A stretch of 64,000 bases of DNA from an uncultured bacterium (lineage in GTDB: Bacteria; Deinococcota; Deinococci; Deinococcales; Trueperaceae). Below are positions 62,297 to 64,000 of the stretch, in pieces (the stretch's first letter is position 1; each line of letters begins with the position of its first letter). Made by a program: the position numbers and the translations under genes. The notes beneath the pieces are model-generated. The model made no database searches. It was not told where the DNA came from and worked only from the letters and a program-made list of their open reading frames with translations. The stretch lies in the NCBI GenBank assembly GCA_964465355.1, contig CAYXJZ010000005.1, positions 5,504-69,503 on the forward strand. The letters run 5' to 3'.

Positions 62297-62893
62297 CTAG
62301 GTCTGGCCGGGCGGTTCACCCTTCTCGCCTGGCGGCAGCTTGGTGAAGGGTTCCGGATCCCCTTTGCGACGGCCGACCAGGAACTCGCCAGGTTCCTCCT
62401 TCGGGGGCCAGTTGCCGGCATCCGCCATCTTCTGCTGCTCGTCGGTCATGGGCGCCCCACCGCCGGCCATCCCAGGATCCTCGGTCGCCTCGGCGACTTC
62501 CTTGAGGCGGTCGAGGACGCTCCTGAGCTGGTCGTTCATCACGCCGAAGGCGGCGCCGACGTTCTCCACCAGGCCTTCGAGCTCGTACTCGATGGTGACG
62601 GTGACCCGGGTGGTCCGCTCGTCTAGCTCCTCGAAGTCGACGACCCCCGTGGCGTCAACGCCTGCGCCGCCGACCAAGGAGATGCGCTCCTCGGGGCGGA
62701 TCTCCGTCACCCTCGCCTCGCCATGCAGCACGTCGTCGTCGACCTCGGCGCGCCAGTAGAAGTGGCCGTCGCCGACGTGACGCACGGTGGCCAGCTCGGC
62801 GAAGAGGGCGGGGAAGCGCTCGAAGTCGCTGAACACGCGGTAGGTCTTGGGGAGGGGAAGCTCGACGCTGACGGACTCGATGAACCTGCTCAT
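62297..62893 (-). CDS. SRPBCC (polyketide cyclase/dehydrase-like) protein with a Gly/Pro/Glu-rich C-terminal tail
   Basis: 198 aa with a START-like fold pattern (IESVSVELPLPKTYRVFSDFERFP ... TVTIEYEL). AGGAGG lies 9 nt upstream. Confidence 0.8.
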   Translation of the reverse strand: MSRFIESVSVELPLPKTYRVFSDFERFPALFAELATVRHVGDGHFYWRAEVDDDVLHGEARVTEIRPEERISLVGGAGVDATGVVDFEELDERTTRVTVTIEYELEGLVENVGAAFGVMNDQLRSVLDRLKEVAEATEDPGMAGGGAPMTDEQQKMADAGNWPPKEEPGEFLVGRRKGDPEPFTKLPPGEKGEPPGQT

Positions 62894-63017
62894 GCTGAGA
62901 TCGCCTCCTACGTGGCTTGGGTCGGTGGTCCTTGATCCTGCCCGACGCTAGGAGAGATGCCCGTGTGAAAGGTCTGACGCGCCTGAGAAACCCTCGCTCG
63001 CCCCGCTCAGGGGACGG

Positions 63018-63941
63018 TCAGACCGTCGGCCTGAGCGCGGCCAGATCTGCCTTGGCCATCCTGCAGGCCATCGTGTAGGCGGGGTTGAAGACGTTGCCGA
63101 GGTCGTAGTCCACGCAGTGGCCCATGATGACCGACGCCCCCACCGCGCTCAACCCGTACTCGCTGCGTAGCCAGCGCATCATCTCGGTGGTGGCATGCTG
63201 CGTCGCCTGGTCCAGTGGCCGGGCGTTGCCAAGGGTGAAGATGGCGTCCTCGGTCTCGCCGCGTGGCCAGTGGATGGCGTGGCCCTTGAGCAGCCGGACG
63301 CTGAACGTCACCTCCATGGAGATCTCGATGCCCGTGCCGGTGATCTCGCCTGCGCCCTGCAAGGCATGGCCATCGCCGACGAAGAGCAGGGCGCCAGGCA
63401 TGAAGACAGGGAAGTACATGGTGGTGCCCACCCGCACCAGGCGGTAGTCCATGTTGCCGCCGTGGGGCCCGGAGGTCGCGCTGGAGATGGCTTGGGCGCG
63501 GTCGGGTGCGACGCCGATACAGCCCAGCATGGGCGCGAGGGGCAGAACCGGGTCGGGCAGGGCGTCAGCCGGGTCGACCAGCTTCGCCGTCCAGGCCTTG
63601 GTGTCGACGTCCCATGTGATGGACCCTCGTGGGCCGAGCTCGGGCACGTAGTCCGGGTCGACCACCCCGTAGGCCAGGGTGGACCTGCCGAAGCCGCGCC
63701 TGCGGTTGGGCCTGAGGCTGTCGATGCGCACCGCGATGGTGTCGCCCGGCTCGGCACCCTCGATCCAGAAGGGGCCGGTGAGCGGGTTGCCGCCTTGGGT
63801 GACCTGTCGGTCGAGGTGGTCGTAGCCGCCTGCGTCGATGGTGGTGGTGCGCACCCTGTCCCCGTCCTGGATCCTGAGGACGGCCTCGTGCGCGCCGAAG
63901 GTGTGGTGGTAGACGGTGGGCTCGAAGTCGTGGGTGGGCAT
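63018..63941 (-). CDS. Acetamidase/formamidase family protein
   Basis: 307 aa with PLTGPFWIEGAEPGD, GGNMD and FVGDGHALQGAGE motifs. Confidence 0.9.
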   Translation of the reverse strand: MPTHDFEPTVYHHTFGAHEAVLRIQDGDRVRTTTIDAGGYDHLDRQVTQGGNPLTGPFWIEGAEPGDTIAVRIDSLRPNRRRGFGRSTLAYGVVDPDYVPELGPRGSITWDVDTKAWTAKLVDPADALPDPVLPLAPMLGCIGVAPDRAQAISSATSGPHGGNMDYRLVRVGTTMYFPVFMPGALLFVGDGHALQGAGEITGTGIEISMEVTFSVRLLKGHAIHWPRGETEDAIFTLGNARPLDQATQHATTEMMRWLRSEYGLSAVGASVIMGHCVDYDLGNVFNPAYTMACRMAKADLAALRPTV

Positions 63942-64000
63942 GGTGGTGGCTTCCTCTCGGTGGTGGTGGCTCGATCGGACCGTGCGTGCGGGCCTCGAGC

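Overview
High-GC window (about 68% by eye, not computed) of bacterial chromosome with roughly 70 densely packed genes. Many adjacent genes overlap at start and stop codons (ATGA, GTGA, TGATG). No rRNA, tRNA, CRISPR array, transposase or integrase was seen. NucS, a caa3-type oxidase, a GldC-like protein, DegV, an HD-GYP regulator and many apparently leaderless genes suggest a Deinococcus-Thermus-like lineage; this is inference only.

Housekeeping blocks:
- greA and lysS
- a GH13 glucanase
- amtB-glnK
- a polyamine cluster, speA divergent from aguA-aguB
- nucS, an HD-GYP response regulator, galT and an ftsB-like gene
- a caa3 cytochrome oxidase operon, ctaC-ctaD-ctaE-(subunit IV fused to cytochrome c)-ctaG-HAD-orphan
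- comM, degV, asd, and proB-DUF4345-hisZ-hisG
- ribD-ribE-ribBA
- an M29 aminopeptidase, RidA, LysE and an M20 amidohydrolase
- purU and a formamidase

Accessory or unusual content:
- a lower-GC two-gene islet at 3.8-5.1 kb, encoding a DUF2188-like protein and a TIR/nucleoside-deoxyribosyltransferase-like protein
- two 74-nt perfect hairpins sharing an inverted 36-nt core between greA and lysS
- three VapBC modules, plus a HepT toxin whose antitoxin has decayed
- a translationally coupled operon of an unknown 309-aa protein, an MscS-like channel and a CorA-like protein whose GMN motif is replaced by GLL
- tandem paralogous lipoproteins
- gene decay: a frameshifted NYN gene, a frameshifted VOC gene, a frameshifted purU and an MmyB-type regulator lacking its HTH

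Many long antisense or alternative-frame ORFs in the track are GC-composition artefacts. All family assignments come from motif recognition by eye, not from searches.
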